Assembly: GCF_035594765.1 (NCBI RefSeq)
Contig: NC_085847.1
Span: 6,510,392-6,574,000 of the forward strand
Origin: Anolis carolinensis
Taxonomy: Eukaryota
Direction of reading: 5' to 3'
DNA: 63,609 nucleotides
Part shown: positions 32,601 through 46,900 of the stretch, in pieces
How the letters are laid out: each line of letters starts with the position of its first letter
Position numbering within the stretch: position 1 is the stretch's first letter
The notes under the pieces: model-generated
Databases searched by the model: none
The model's input: only the letters and a program-made list of their open reading frames with translations
What the model was told of the DNA's origin: nothing
Translations under genes and position numbers: made by a program

Positions 32601-35600
32601 CATAAAACCTGCGCCAGGAAGGCTTCCTCCTTCCTGCCCTCCCACAATCCAACAGAGAGAAGGTGGCAGGGCAAAGGGGGGCAAGGGAGCTCCTCTGCCA
32701 GCCTTACCCAACATGCCGATCCCAAGCATGAAGGCGTCCATCCCGTAAGGCATCACCCGGGACCGCCCTCTCGCCGAGCCAGTGGGGGACATCACTTCCT
32801 TTGGCTGAGCCTTTTTACATTCCACCTGGCACCGGAGGCAAAAAGAGTCCGTTCTCAGCATCCGGACAAAGGGCCCCAGACAGACCAGTAAGAGACATTG
32901 GTCTGATAATAAGCCACACATTTTTGAGAAAGTGGCATGTGACGACAGTGGTCAATAAATAAAGTCTGGAGCCCCACTGGCTTTCCCCCTCGCCACCCCG
33001 TCCCAGCCCTCACCATTTTGTTGTTGATCTCATGGAAGTGGATCTCGCAAACCTTCTCCACAATGTCCTCACTCTCAAAGGTGACAAATCCAAACCCTAA
33101 AAGAAAGAAAGAGAGAGACTCGAGGTTGTTAAGGCAAAGCTCAGAAAGAATCCAGGCAGCAAAGCCACACAGACTCTGGCAGAATGGCGCCTAGACACTC
33201 GCACAGGAGCGGCCTCTTTCTCCGCAGAAGCCTATCGAGGATTAGGATGCTTCCCCTCCCCTCTGTAGCCAAACTCCCCAAATGGGACTCTGAGAGAAAG
33301 TGGCCTGGGAGCAGAGTCCGCCCTCTGAGCTGGGCAGAGGCAAGGAGGAGAGGCAGCTTTCATGTCGGCTTCTCCCAGGCTCAAATTTCCCTGGTAAGAC
33401 AGACACGGCCTCGGAGCTGTCAGGAAAAAGCTGCCCTCCCATCATCATCGGAAGCAGGCAGACAAAAGCCTTCTGTGCTGGGGCAGAGGGGACGCAGGTA
33501 AAAGGACACAGCCGATGAAGGAATGAGGGCTGGTGCCGAGAAATAAAGGGGAGACGCGACCCAAGTAAGCCACAGTGGCACAGGGTTCCCACAGAATGTC
33601 CTCCATAGGCACGTGTCATGCGTCCTGGAGTTGGGCCTCACCTCTGTGTCTGTTAGTCGTCTTGTCAAACATGAGCATGGCATCGTCCACCTGGAGGAGA
33701 CAAAAGAGGTGAGCAGTTGGGGAGAAGCAGCATCGCATTTGGGGACGCGGTGAAAGGGGCACCCACAAATCACTTGGCCCTCCTTCACTGATGGGGATGG
33801 AGGGACATTATCAACAGGCAGCCAGCTACCAAGCTGTTTTAATGAGATGGCATATTCTTATGTGGAAGAGGGGGACTAGCCAGGTGCCAAGAGGTGACTC
33901 CAATCGTTGGCTCTCCAACCAGCCTGGCCTACCAAATGTTGCTGAAGATCGGAACTTAACCAAGGCCACCACTCAACAAGAATGGAAAATGGTGGTGGCC
34001 ATGTCTTGCCACCAGCTGCCACTGCTATACAGGTGATGGGGTGTTGATGCTTTGCCTCCAGAGAAAAGGCTTTGGCCCAAGTCTCTGATTTGCGTTCTTG
34101 TTATGGGCTTTCCCATTGACTCCACGTAATGGCAACCTTGCCCCTGTCTCCCTCTCAGGCTGAAAGTGCCTGACTTTGCCCAAGGTCACCCAGTGGGTTT
34201 CATGGCTGAGCAAGAATTTGGTTTCCCAAAGTCCTCTTCCAATCCCTGGGTACATATGGACCATCACTTATACTAGTGGTAAGTTACAGTTTAGGAATGT
34301 GATCCCTTGCTAAGCCACACAGGAGGGCAATCGTACCATAGCCGGAAATCTGGAGGTGGGGTAAGAATCTCCTCGGCAGGGGAACACGGTGTGCCCATTG
34401 TTTTGGCATGCCCAATTATGGAGGAACAATTTTGGTAGCCTCACCTAATGGGCCCCCAACCCATCAAGTTTGCCATGATCGGGAAGGATGGTTGAAAAGC
34501 CTTTCTTAGGCATGATTTCAGTACTCACCTAACATGTGTATGTCCCAAAAACTGACCCCATTCAGCAAAGAGGTGGCTTTGGGAGAGATCCAAGATTAAA
34601 TGCTGGGGCAACAGAAAGCGGCAATGATGAGGCCAGCAGCATTGGGTCTAGCTTGCTGGGCTTCTTACTACAAACCAGTTGCCCCACAGATGGTGATGTG
34701 CAAAGAAGGTGAAAGTGGATCTCTCTGGGACCCAGCCACGTCATTCCCTTGTGTACCTTGCACGGAAACACACAGAGACTGGCCTCCCTTAGTGACGGCA
34801 AGCCGACAGGTCAGGGCTGGAGGGGGGAGAGCGGGGTGCAGCACACAATGAGCTTTCTGTCTTCAGGTCAGAGTTGGTGTCAATTGGCAGGCCTGGCCAA
34901 ACCAAGGCTTTGAGCAGAGGAAGCCAAGCGGATTGCCCCATCTCCCAACAGCCGTTCGAGGTGGAAATGGCCTGCAGCAGGACCGGGACTTTGACTAGCA
35001 GAGGGTACCTAATGTCCTAGCCATTAAAAGGCCTCAGCCAGCACTTCCCTGGTACCCCAGATCCCAGCTTACTAAGAGCCTGGGGTTGTCTCACTTGCGT
35101 CCCACAATTTCTATAATATTGGTGGTCTTGGACAGAATGCACCTCATGCCATAAATGTATCAGGTGTCCTTAGTCAAATCGATATTATATGAGTTACCAA
35201 CATGATGTGATGCAACCTCTTTAGAAAACACCAATATGTGTGCGCATCAGCAGTCAATGTGCATGGCTGACAATCCCTTGGGCAACCACAATGCACAAAA
35301 ACAACGCCCAGAACCAAGGCACTAATCTGTGTACTGTAATGTGCAATGGTTCCATGTGTGTGCCTCCATTTATGACGAATGCACACTATCCAAAAAAAAG
35401 AAACCACTCTCCATGCCTAATGCCATGATTCCAATCCTATCAGATCTATGGAATTGTCCTTCTGTCCTCACATTTCTAGCCTTCCAGGGAGGGAAGAACC
35501 GAAAATTATTAAAACCTGGAGCTCTTCTGTTTGATAGGTGAGAATTCCCTGGTTTACTGCACTTGGGCCTTTGCTTGCACTGTCTCTCCAAAGGTTCAAC

Positions 35601-38600
35601 TGAACTGTTAGACAAGCTGAGGCTGCCCATGGACACTTGTGCAGGAAGGGAATGTGCATCCAACACCTTCTTATGAGGAGCTGAATCAAATGTAATGTCT
35701 AAATTACAAACCAATATTGTAGGATTTCTCACAAGGAAAGAAAATGCAACCGGTTTACAGGAGAAGGACTTGGTGGGGGCCAAAGGATCAGAAAGGAGGT
35801 GGCCCCTGTACTAAAGGAGTGGCCAATTGCTGGAGAATTTCAGAGTGGCCAAAAAGCACCATCAGGCAGAGCTGAGCTACCATGGGAATGCACTTTCTGC
35901 AATTACGTTCTGAAGGCTCTTATTAGGGAAACCACAAGGCTTTGAGGCTGCTGGCCCAGGAGGTTGAAGGCCTCGGGGAAAGGAGGCTCACAAGAGTCCC
36001 TGCTAAGCAACGGCCGGGCCTGGCGCAAGAAGCCAGGGGGAAATGGTGGACGGGGCCTCTCTGGGAACAGCCAGACCGCCAGCTGGCACGGTCCCCTGAG
36101 CTCTCCACACACGTCCCCAACCTCCAGAATCCTCCAGGAGAAAATGTGTGTCCTCAATAGGCGCCCGTGGCCATGGAAACCCAGGGCAGGGGAGGTGGGA
36201 TAAGCGGTCCCGGTCAGCCGTCAAGTTCAGGCAGCCGAGGGCTAAGCGTGAGTGGCAGCCCTTGGCGGGCGGCTATTGTTGGGGCCGCCCGTTGGGTGCC
36301 GTGTGGGGCCGAGCCCCTGCTGCCGGGTTGGGGGGGGGGGGCAAGAGACCCCCTGCCACTCCCCCGGCTGGCCCTCGGGTGCCTTTCTTCTCAAGAGGCA
36401 GCCCCGGCTTTGCCAACGCCCAAGCCAGGCCTGAACAAAAGAGGCTGCTGGGGATGGCTTCTCTTGGGGCCGGGTTGCTGTGGCAACCCTGGCCCCTCCA
36501 ATCCCCGGCGCTGGCGCAGATTAGCGTGAGCACTAATGCGCTCTCGGGCAAAAACGGACACACCAAACAGGCACCCGGCAGGGGTGAGGCCTCCTCTCAG
36601 GAGGGGACGAGGGCCACCATTTCCGCGTCTCTGTCTCCGTCCTCCTTCTCCCAGAGGCCGACAAAATGATGGAGAAAAATCAGAGAGGGGCCAGGGCCTC
36701 CCCAGGGGTCTTGCCTGGGCTGCAGCGCAGTCACAAAAGGCCCAATTAAGTCCCTGCGCATCCACTTCGATAAGCTACAGGCAAAGGGAGGGAAGGGAAG
36801 ACAAGAGGAAACATGCTTCCTTTCAATAGCCCAAGGGCCTCTCCTACCACCCAGTTCGAGTGCTGCACTTCCACTTTAACTGCTACAGCTTCATTTTGCA
36901 GAATCCCTGGATTTGTAGTTAAGGAAGGCTCTAGCGCTCTCTGGCTCAGATGTCCAGATACCCTTCTCGAAATAGTAAACAGCAAGCCAAAATACCCTGA
37001 AGGCACCGATCCTGCCTGAACTCAGAAGCTAAACAAGTATCTGCATGGGCTACAAATCCCACCTGGTCTTGCAAGTTAAGCAGGGGCAGCCCTGGTTAGG
37101 ACTTGGATGGGGACCACCAATGGATACTAGGTGCTGTAGGCTCTACGTCTGGGGAAGGCACTGGCAAAGCCACCTCTGAGGATTCATGGCCTAAAAAGGC
37201 CCCCTGAAGTTCATGGGGTCACCACACATTCAAAGCATACACACACATTGCCAATTTCTGGATTTCACTGCCAAGACAGCTAAAGTGGAATCACAGTGCT
37301 ATCATTACATAGGGTGGAAGATGCCCAAAACAGTTGGAGATTCAATGGAACAAGCAGCAGAGCCCAAACTTCCGTCAACTAATGCTTGCTGGCCTTCCAC
37401 ATTTTGGGGACTTCCATCCACCTTGCATCTCAATCTCCCCACTATCCAGGTTCTCAAAAGCTCTGTAGGGTCCAAGATCACCTGTCCTTGCTGTGAATTC
37501 CAGTTCCTTGCTTTACAAAACCCACTCCTCGGCCAAGTTCTAGCCAGGCCTCCAACTGCTCATCTCTCAAACCACGAGGAGCACAACATGATCAAATCCA
37601 GCTACAATCCCAAAACCCTTCATGTCATCCTTCTACCCTCAATGAAACATTGATCACTCAGTGAAAGCAAAGAGCAGCTCATGATCTACATCCTTCTAAC
37701 CCAGGATCTACTGGCTTCAATGCCAGCGAGGTGATTCTGCTCCGTGTTTTCATACAAACTCCAGGAGGCTGAAGCTAACCTGGAGATAGGACTCAGCACC
37801 TTGGACAGCTCAAATGGAGCCACCACAGCCAGTATTGTGGGACAACAACATGGCCACTCCAATGTTCAGACCCCCAAGAACCCAATAAATGGATTGAGAA
37901 AGCCCAAACATGGAAGCCTCATACACAGCTACTCAAAATACCAGTTGGGTGACCCAGAAAGCCCCTCGCCAGGTTGAAAGGAGGAACAAACTTTGTCATC
38001 TAATCAAGCAGAGCCAGGCTGCCGCCTGCTGACGTCTGCAGCTAGCATGTTGTATAGTTATTAGATGATGCAACTTGGGGGAGACTGTTTACTAACAGTG
38101 ACTCGACTCTTCCATATAATCTATCTCGGCCACGCTTTGCCACTGGCAGCCAAAAGCCTTCCTGAAGGAACCTGCCACTTTGGTGCGTGGGCACAAGGCT
38201 CTTCCTTGAGCTCTAGGTTTCGAGACAGCTGGTATAAATAGCAGACTCCCCCACAATCACTTTGCCTTTCAGTCTTCAGACATCCTATACGGAGGTGGAC
38301 TCTGACCCAGAGGAAAATGCGTTCTGGATTTTATTTTTAAATAAAGGCAGGAGGAAAGAGGGAGGTCTCACCACCAACCCCAGAAGAGGCCTAGGACTGG
38401 CAAAGGTGCCCGGCCTGCGTCTGGACCACAGGGTCAGGACTGGCACAAATGGAAACCTCCTCCTCTGTTCAAAAATCCAGAAACCATTCAAGCTCAGGAC
38501 CAGAACAGGCACATGGACGTACAATCATCCTAAGGGTCATTTTTCAGTAAAAAGAAACTGTCTTGGGACTTTAGGTACAGACTGTTTTGTTGCCAAAAGG

Positions 38601-41600
38601 GCCAGCAAGTCAACCAGGTCTCCAACAAAGGAGATGTGGATGATCTCATGCTCATAATGGACTGTACTGACCCCCATGTCAACTGCTGAATGATAAGCAG
38701 AGGGTGGGAAATTGAATTAGTCTCTTGATAGGACTTGATGGGCCCCACCAGACCCCTTGTCTTGCTGTATTTTGGAGTCTGATGCCACATGGACTTGGGA
38801 AATGGTGAGACAAGATGGGCTTTGGCTTCCCCTCCAGTGCCATGTGTCTTGCCCAGCCCCATTCACACACAAAGGTTCCACAGGCCAAGAAAGAGTTCCT
38901 CAGAGGAAATCCGGTCGCATCCTGACACCATCTGCGGGGACGAGTTCCGGAATCTGTTCGCTGGAGCATGTTGAGGAGAGGGACATGCACAGACCATTTC
39001 TCTTTTTTTTTTCACTAACCCTACTTAAATATTCTACGTTCATTCGCTAGGCGCTACGATCTGGAGATATGCAAATGGAAAACGGCTGCTAAACACATTG
39101 CTACCGCGATTGTCTACACTGTGACCTTCAAAACTACAAACAGAGAATTAACACAACAGTGAAGAGAAAGGGGGGAAGAGAAAAATAAAAACACTAAACA
39201 GCTGAAATGTATATATAAATATTTTTGGTCCTAAATCTAGGTCTAGCTATACAGAGAATGATCATCTATCTACTAAAAAGTCTTTGGGCACACTACATGA
39301 GTAGAAAAAGAAAAAAGGGGGTGAGGCTGGTTGTGTGATTTCTCAAGCCGGAAGACAGAAGAGGAGGTGGGGGAACTACACATTTGGAGTTGTACCTTGG
39401 ATCTAGGAAAGGCTGGGACACGAACTTCGTGCCCCCTTCACTTGGCCACTAGTGATCAAAGAGCATCCATGACCACATAGGAAGGGGCTCTGTGGAAGCA
39501 ACGTCATAGAAGAGAGCTTAGGAACATGGCACAGCGAGGCTGGTACAGAGTGAGGGGCTGTTCAGGTGGGGCGGAAAGGGACCAAACGGCCGCACGTCTT
39601 CAAATGGCATTCGACAGGACAGAACGGGCCTTCATTTCCTGGGCAGACCACTAGTGAAGCAAACAGCACTTGGCACATGCAGCCGGCCTGGGGCAAATGC
39701 ATGTTTCTTTGCCCAGGGGACGCTTCTGAGAAATCGTGGCACTCCTCTCCAAGTAAAGAAGGGTCTCAAATGCTACACCAGACCATACACAATGCTTCCT
39801 CCATGCTGTTTGGATAGACCAGCTTGGGCAGTTATCCAAATGTGGTGACAGTGTGAACAGACAGGCAGGCAGGAGCAAGAAGGAGCCAAGTGGATGCCAA
39901 GAAGGCCATGCTGTCTGGGAGACCAGCCCCGTTCGAACTCCCCCCCCCCCCCCCAACAAAAACCTCTCTGTCTTCCACATTTGGGCCCCAAGATCCTTCC
40001 AGCACTTGCTTAGAAGTAAGCTCCATTGATTCAAAGGGGATTATTTCCAAGCAAGCACACGGGGGATTATAGGTTTTCCCAAAGCTTGGGGGATGGGGGT
40101 GATGAAGTTGAGAGGAGGCAACGTAAGGGCAAAGAGACCCACCCTTACCACTGTTATAATTATTCTCATTTCCCTGTCTCAAATCACTGAAGGATTCCAG
40201 CAGTATGTTCTTCTCTCTCAGAGCCCCTTTCACACTGCACAAGGGACTAGATTGTGGAAACCCCACACCCCACCCCATGCAAACCTGGAAGAGAATTTCC
40301 AGGACAGGGCCACTCAAGACTTCCCATTAGAGACATATCCCAATGCCTTAGCATCAGGGAAGGCAAAGAGTCCGAAAGAGAAAATTTAGAATGGAGAAGG
40401 GGTTAAGGCAAACCGAAGGCTTAGGAATGGCTTGCTCTTGGGCCAGGATGTCTAATATAGTTCCAGATCTCGTGGCTTAAAGCTCTGACAAACCCGCCTT
40501 AAATCCAGAAGCTATTAGGGTCGCCTCTTGCGGACAAGGGTTGCACAAAAAACACTGAGCCCTGGTTACATCAGGTCTGGTGTGTTTATGCTACATCCAA
40601 AGGGCACGTGGTTCCTTTCCGTCAGCAAAACCCACACATCTTTGAACATATTGTCTTGTGCTCATAACAACAGAGAGCCATACGAACCTTTCTATCCATT
40701 TATACTGGTAGTAGATTGGCTTTATACCTGACTTTTGCAGGCCAGAACTAGACTTCCCAGATTTCCTTGGTAAAGAGGAGGTTCGTGCCTTTCAGTTGAG
40801 ATATGCTGAAAGGAAGGCTGTAGTACAGAGTTCGGCCCAGTGCCAGGCACTTACCTTCCCAAACTGCTCAAAGTACTGTTTCACGTCCTCCACTGTAGTG
40901 TTCACCGACAGGCCGCCCACAAAAATCTTCTTAGTCCGCGTCACCATCTAGAAAAGAGGACAAGGAGGCAGCAAAGACCCCTGGAAACACTCCTTTTGGG
41001 AACTACAACTCTCAGAATCCACCCAGCTTGGCTACCGCTCCCCAAAGCTGAATTCCAAGCTCTAGGACAGGGATGTACAGTTCACTTTGTCCTGAACTCA
41101 GGTGCCAAAAAATGGCTCATCCCCATAGGCTTCTCATCCCCACTTGAGCCTACAAGGGTTTATGGGCAATATTATTTGTCCTTGTGCAAAATGACTAATG
41201 CCTTTTAGTCCCCACAAATACACAGCTTCTTCGGGGGATCCATTTGTACAAAGAACCAGCCAGCTTCTTCCGGGGGACTAACATGCCCAGAATGTCTCAT
41301 TTAGTTGAAAGTCCCAAAAAGATTTTTTCCCCTTCCAGATGTTGGAAAATGTGTCTCAAACAGAAGATGATCTTGGCTGCCTGATTCATGATGCCGGCCG
41401 TGTTAAAACTATGTCCAGTAGAGGTTAGCTGCCTTCTAATGTCTGCTATTCCTGTGATTCAGAACAAGTAGGTGGAGATTATACTCCTCTTTTCCAATTT
41501 CAAACTGGGCTCAAATGATTGGCACAGAGTTTTTTTTTAAGTGCATGGAAACAGAAACATGAATCCGTCTTTTTTCCAAGGGAGCTGACGGCAAGATAGG

Positions 41601-43906
41601 AAGTGGCCCAAGTGCTGAATCAGGTTGTTGGTGTCTTTGGTTCCAGACTGTCTATGTCAGATTCTTTTATCTGAGTGTCCTCTAAAAATGTGTGCCTACA
41701 ATGCCCATCTGGCCCAACTAGCACGGCCCACGGGCATGAGAGTGGCATCGCCAAAGGTGTTTGTCCACCCTTCCAGGTAAGTTCAAGAATCGGATCTTGA
41801 AGCGGGTGGGCACTCCCTACCAGACAAGGGCAATTAAGGGGATTTTGGAAGTTGCCATCCAAAAAGAAGGAACTTTCCTGAGGTTCTTCCCTCCACACAG
41901 CCCGAATGAAACCCTGTCCACACCAGGAGAAGTACAGCCGCAGTCCCAGATTGGTTTTGCAAAACCTCCTCAGCCTTCCCTTCCTCCACCTTCAGCCCTA
42001 AGGGACCAGCTGATCCCAAGAAGGACCCTCGGGTGCCCTCTGAATCGGCTCTCCCTTCAGCTGCAACCAGAAACACATGCTCCTAATTACCCCAAGGAGC
42101 GCTGCGGCTAATCCACCACAATTCTCGGGCTTGGAAAACAGCCCGTCCCAAGGCTAAAGCCCCTTCTGTCACCCAACTGCTTAATGGAATTAACCCAATT
42201 CCAACCACGTGCTCCCAGCGCCAAGCACTTGGGATACCTGGGCACCAACTGGCTCAATCACCCAGGCCACCCTCTTCCAGGCCCTGGCTTTGCCCACTGT
42301 CTTTAGAGTTCAAGAGAGGACAGGGCTCCGACCCCTTCCGGAGTTTCTGACGGTGTTTTGGGCCCACCAAAGATAAGCAAAGGAAGACTCGTGCAATGTA
42401 CGCTGCCCTAGTGTCATTCTCGCGTCCATATCTCAACCCATTCTTCTTCGTCAAGGGTTAAGACTGGAAGTGGGCTTTGGTAAGCCAGCGTGGACCATGG
42501 GGGCGGCAAGTGACTCCCTCCTAGCCTGAAATTGCACACCCATGTGGAAAACTTCATTGTGCCTTTTTGGTTCAAGCAATTTAGACTCCCCACAGCTTGA
42601 TCTCAAAGGTATCCCTGCCCGAACTTATGACTACACAGGAAAACAGATGCAGACGTGAAACAATTGCACAAAGACACCCCAAGGCAAGGATGTATAGTAT
42701 GCAAGATGTAATAAGCTCTGCTGTCAACCCATCGTTCTTTTCAGACAGCCCCAGGGCAGGGATCTTAGTGTTCTGGCAAAACAACAGAACCTCACACCCA
42801 CTGAGTTGAAGTTGCAACCACTAAATTTCTACCCCATTTGCCCACCATCGATAATCACTGCGAGGTCCTTAAAGCATGGTGCCCAAGCTGATGCCCTCCC
42901 CGTGGTCTGGATTAAGTCCTCATCCTCCCCTTGTGGCCCATTCCAATTGCCATAGAATTGTGTTTTCGTGACACCACTTCTTGTGTTTTTCCACCCTATC
43001 TGCTTTTCCTCCGTGCTGGGAGCAACCTTATGCCCCCCGTTTTGGAAGAAAAGGCCAGATGCAAAGAAAAGAAGAAACTGAAATGACCACTGCATTTGGA
43101 ACTGTTCAAATGTCAAACGGCGGGATTCTGGCCACTTTGTGCCAGAGTCGTTTTGCGTTTTGCAACTGAAGCATTTAAGCACTTATCTACCGAGCCAGAC
43201 AAATGAAATGGCTTAATGCTTCTGGACTGGCAAAGGAGAACGGCATAACCATTTAACAATCATGTATCAGTTGTACGGTGAATGTCTCCAAAAACTAAAT
43301 GGGACCAACTCGAAAACAGTATGTACCTTGGGCTGGGCTCTGCGAGGAAATGCCACCTTTGGGTCAATCTGAAAGAGAAAAAGGGAAAGGTTACAATGGT
43401 ACCAAACTCAGTAATAACACCTATGGATGGGAGACATAGAGTCAGACAACACACCAGAAGATCCTACGAGCAAATAGTCAAGTAATGGTTTGAGCACTGG
43501 ACTCAGACTCTCGAGAAGAAGGCTGGCAACCTCACTCAGCCATGGAAACCTATTAGGCGACCTTGGGCAAGTCACGTTCTCTCAGCCTCAGAGGAAGGCC
43601 ATGGCAAACCCCATGATAGGGTCGCCATAATTCAGAAATGACTTGAAGACAGCCAAGAAGCATGAAGGACATTCATGGGCCTTCCTGGATGCCACAAACT
43701 GTCTCTACTAGAACAGAGGTCCCAGTCCACCAAGCACTCCTCCCATACAAAGGTCACTGAAATGAACTGGGACTGCATGAGGCTGTTCTGACATAGCTCC
43801 AGTTCACAACAGTTTCATATAGACTCTGTCTGTTGGCTTGTTTAGCTTCAAGGAGCAACCAAAGCTTCAACCAAGGCACCCAAAAGAGAAAACAACCTTC
43901 TCCAAC

Positions 43907-43954
<48 letters not shown>

Positions 43955-46900
43955 CCCTCTAAATGTACCACAACCTCAGCTCCATACATGCTAGGCCACG
44001 AGCCCCCCACCAAGGATAATGGAAGCTCTATACTACAAATCCACAATGACTCAAAAGACATGGGATCCTGGGATTTGTAGAGAAGGTTCCTCAAAGTGCT
44101 CACCAAAATACAAGTCCCAGAATCCCACAGGTGGCAGTGGAAGTGGTATCAAAGTCAACAGCCGGGGGGGGGGGGGGTGTAAAAATGTGCCACGTTCCTT
44201 TGAACCATGATCAGATATGGGATGGGGAAGGAAATGCAACCGTCAGAGTAATGCCGAGGGAGGTGAGAAGCTTTGGCGGCAGGCCAGTGATGCCAGGGCT
44301 GTGACAGATGTGCCAGCCAAGCGCTCTGCCACCCTAGCAATCCTGCCAGTGAAGGCATGCTGGCAGAAGGGCGAACACGGGAGCAGTCAGGCCACACTGT
44401 AGAAAGGGCACAAATTCTGCTCCCTCCATGGAAAGATCTCCCAGTTGCCAAATGCCAAGCATGTTATGCGGTGTCTTCATTTGCAGGCACAACCCAATAA
44501 AGAAACTGGCTGAAACACATCATGAGATGAAGGCCTTCCCAAAGAGGAAGGCTTTAGCCCATGCCGCCAAATGAGGATGCCAAGCAGATCCACATTTGGA
44601 AACTCAACACTAGGACTTGATGGGCCCCAAAAGACTCATTTTGAAAGTCCACAAGAAAGACAAATGTCTTCCTTTGCTTGCTTGCCTCATTGAGAAGTCC
44701 CAAATGGTACAGTGCTCCTGCCCCTGGAGGTTCCATTTCATAAAAAAAAACCTCTCCATCCGCTAATCCTTTAACAAACCATCCAGACAACCACCAAAAC
44801 CACATCCTGAAGCAATCTGGGCAAGGAAGAACTATCCACTGTATGCCTTTGATGCTAAAGCGTCAAGATTTCCAGACAAGGGGGATTTCCCTCACTTCAA
44901 TACTAGTAATTGCAGGTTCTCTCTCTTTTGTGCCCAGTCATAATTCTTCCAAAGGGAAGAATACCTTCCTCTCTCTTCAACACAAGGGGGTCAGCAAAGG
45001 CAAGCCCCCCAGATCTCTCAGGACAGTGACTCCAGGAATTTTTCCCTAGGGTTTATACTGGCAAGGATTGATGGGAGCTGCAGTCCAGCAACATTGGTGA
45101 AAGGCCAGAATCCACCAAAAGGTCTGCATTCTCAGAACGGCAGGAGGTCCCATGGGAGATAGCGAGCCCAAACAATTGTCCCCTGTATTTCCCAGCTCTC
45201 TGCCAGCCACATTCAGCTCCTGCCAAGATGAGATTCCCATCTTTCAGCCAAAGTTAACCCAGGCCTTCCTCTCTCAGCACAATTCGCCAGGAAGAAGGGG
45301 TCCATCTGCTGTGGACAGGCAGGCAGCCCTTATAAGAACAGTCTTCCCCAGAGGGAGCAACTGTTGCAAGCAAACTACAATCCCAGGGTCCATGGGAGGG
45401 TTGCGGTCCAAAAGAGTATCAGGCTGGGCAAACTGTGACCAGGTCACAGAGATGCCTGCCCTTCGGCAAGCTGTGCTCCTCTCTCCTCAGTGCCTCACCT
45501 GTCGGAAAGATGGATAGAGGCAATAAAACTGATCTACCGTGCAAGGTTGAGATCACATGCACCTGAAGCGCTGTCAACACTCGGAAGGCTACATCAACGC
45601 ATGATGATGAGTCGCCTGATAAATAATCATCGACACCTTTAAGAACCTCTTTGCTTTCATTTCCCATCATGAGGACTAGTGACCTTACAGCAAAAAGCAA
45701 GGGCACCTTAAGCCCAGTGTTCACCTGAGCCCCATGCCATGACCATTCAGGCCCACAAAGCTACATATTGCTCCCTTCTAAATCCAAAATGCCCCCTTTG
45801 CCCCACTTCTCCGGCCTCCGGAGAAAAACAAAAACCTCCAGAATCCAGATGCAACCAATGCATTGTCGAGTCAAGCCACAGTAGCCTACAGTCCCATAAA
45901 CAACTGTTGAGAAAAAGCACTTTATTTCCAGGTTCAAGCCTTTGCCATCAGTCCATCCTACCTCACAGGGCTGTTGCAAATACAAAGTGGGCAGAGAAGA
46001 AGAGGAAGAGATTGGGATATGCTGCCTTGAGCTCATAGGAATAACAAATACATCAATATATTTGGCCTTCTTGAGAGCATAGCACTACAACACAGCAGAT
46101 AAGACCCTCTTCGGGTTTGCCAGGGGACAGCTCCCATCTGCTCAAAAGAGGGACTAGTTCTAAAAGATCACGAACACTTAAAAAGAAAATCATGCCTCCC
46201 CAAAATGTTGCCAGGCCCAGATCTGACCCAGCAGAAGACAACGTTGGCAACGAGAATTTAAAAACTGATAAGAAGTTCTCATACTTCGAGTCCGCACAAA
46301 GGATCACCAAAGCCTAAGATATGCCAGTCAGAGGAAGATGAGACATGAAAATTTACAACCCAGGGGGAAGTGCAAAATTTTTAAAATTAAAAAAAATCTC
46401 CAGTCAAAAGAATGAAGGCAAAAGGTTGAAGTTCTTCCCCTACTTCCTTGGAAACTCTCCCAAGCACCTGCTTGTGAATAATTTTATACATTTCTGGAAA
46501 TGTGCTGCCATTTGAATGAGGGTTTTGTATTTAGCAGGTACAGGGATTTGCCTAGGAAAAAGGCAACTCGGCTTGTATGAGTTTTGATAGGAATTGTGTG
46601 GTGAACTATAGCTCCCACAACCCTTCTGCTTCCCCTTATGACTAACCATGCCACTTGGAGGAGTCTGGGAGTTGTAGTTCCCACCAGCCCATGGGTGTGC
46701 ATCATTGCCAAAAGGTGCTTCCTCGCAGCCAAGCAATGCTTCTCACGGAAGGCCATTAGCTCGTGTTTGGAAAGCAGCTCAAGTCCATTTTCTGGTGACT
46801 TGTTTAGGACATAATGAGCATTTTATTCTATTGGCTTCACACGGCTGTTGGCTGGTCCGCGTTGCCAAGCAGATGATTTAGAAAGGCGGCAGCAGAGCAA

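Noticed and set aside
36990-37145. 5S rRNA gene
   Set aside because: Too diverged, partly duplicated, and followed by a SINE tail rather than a terminator; likewise 47120-47200 and 7630-7690.
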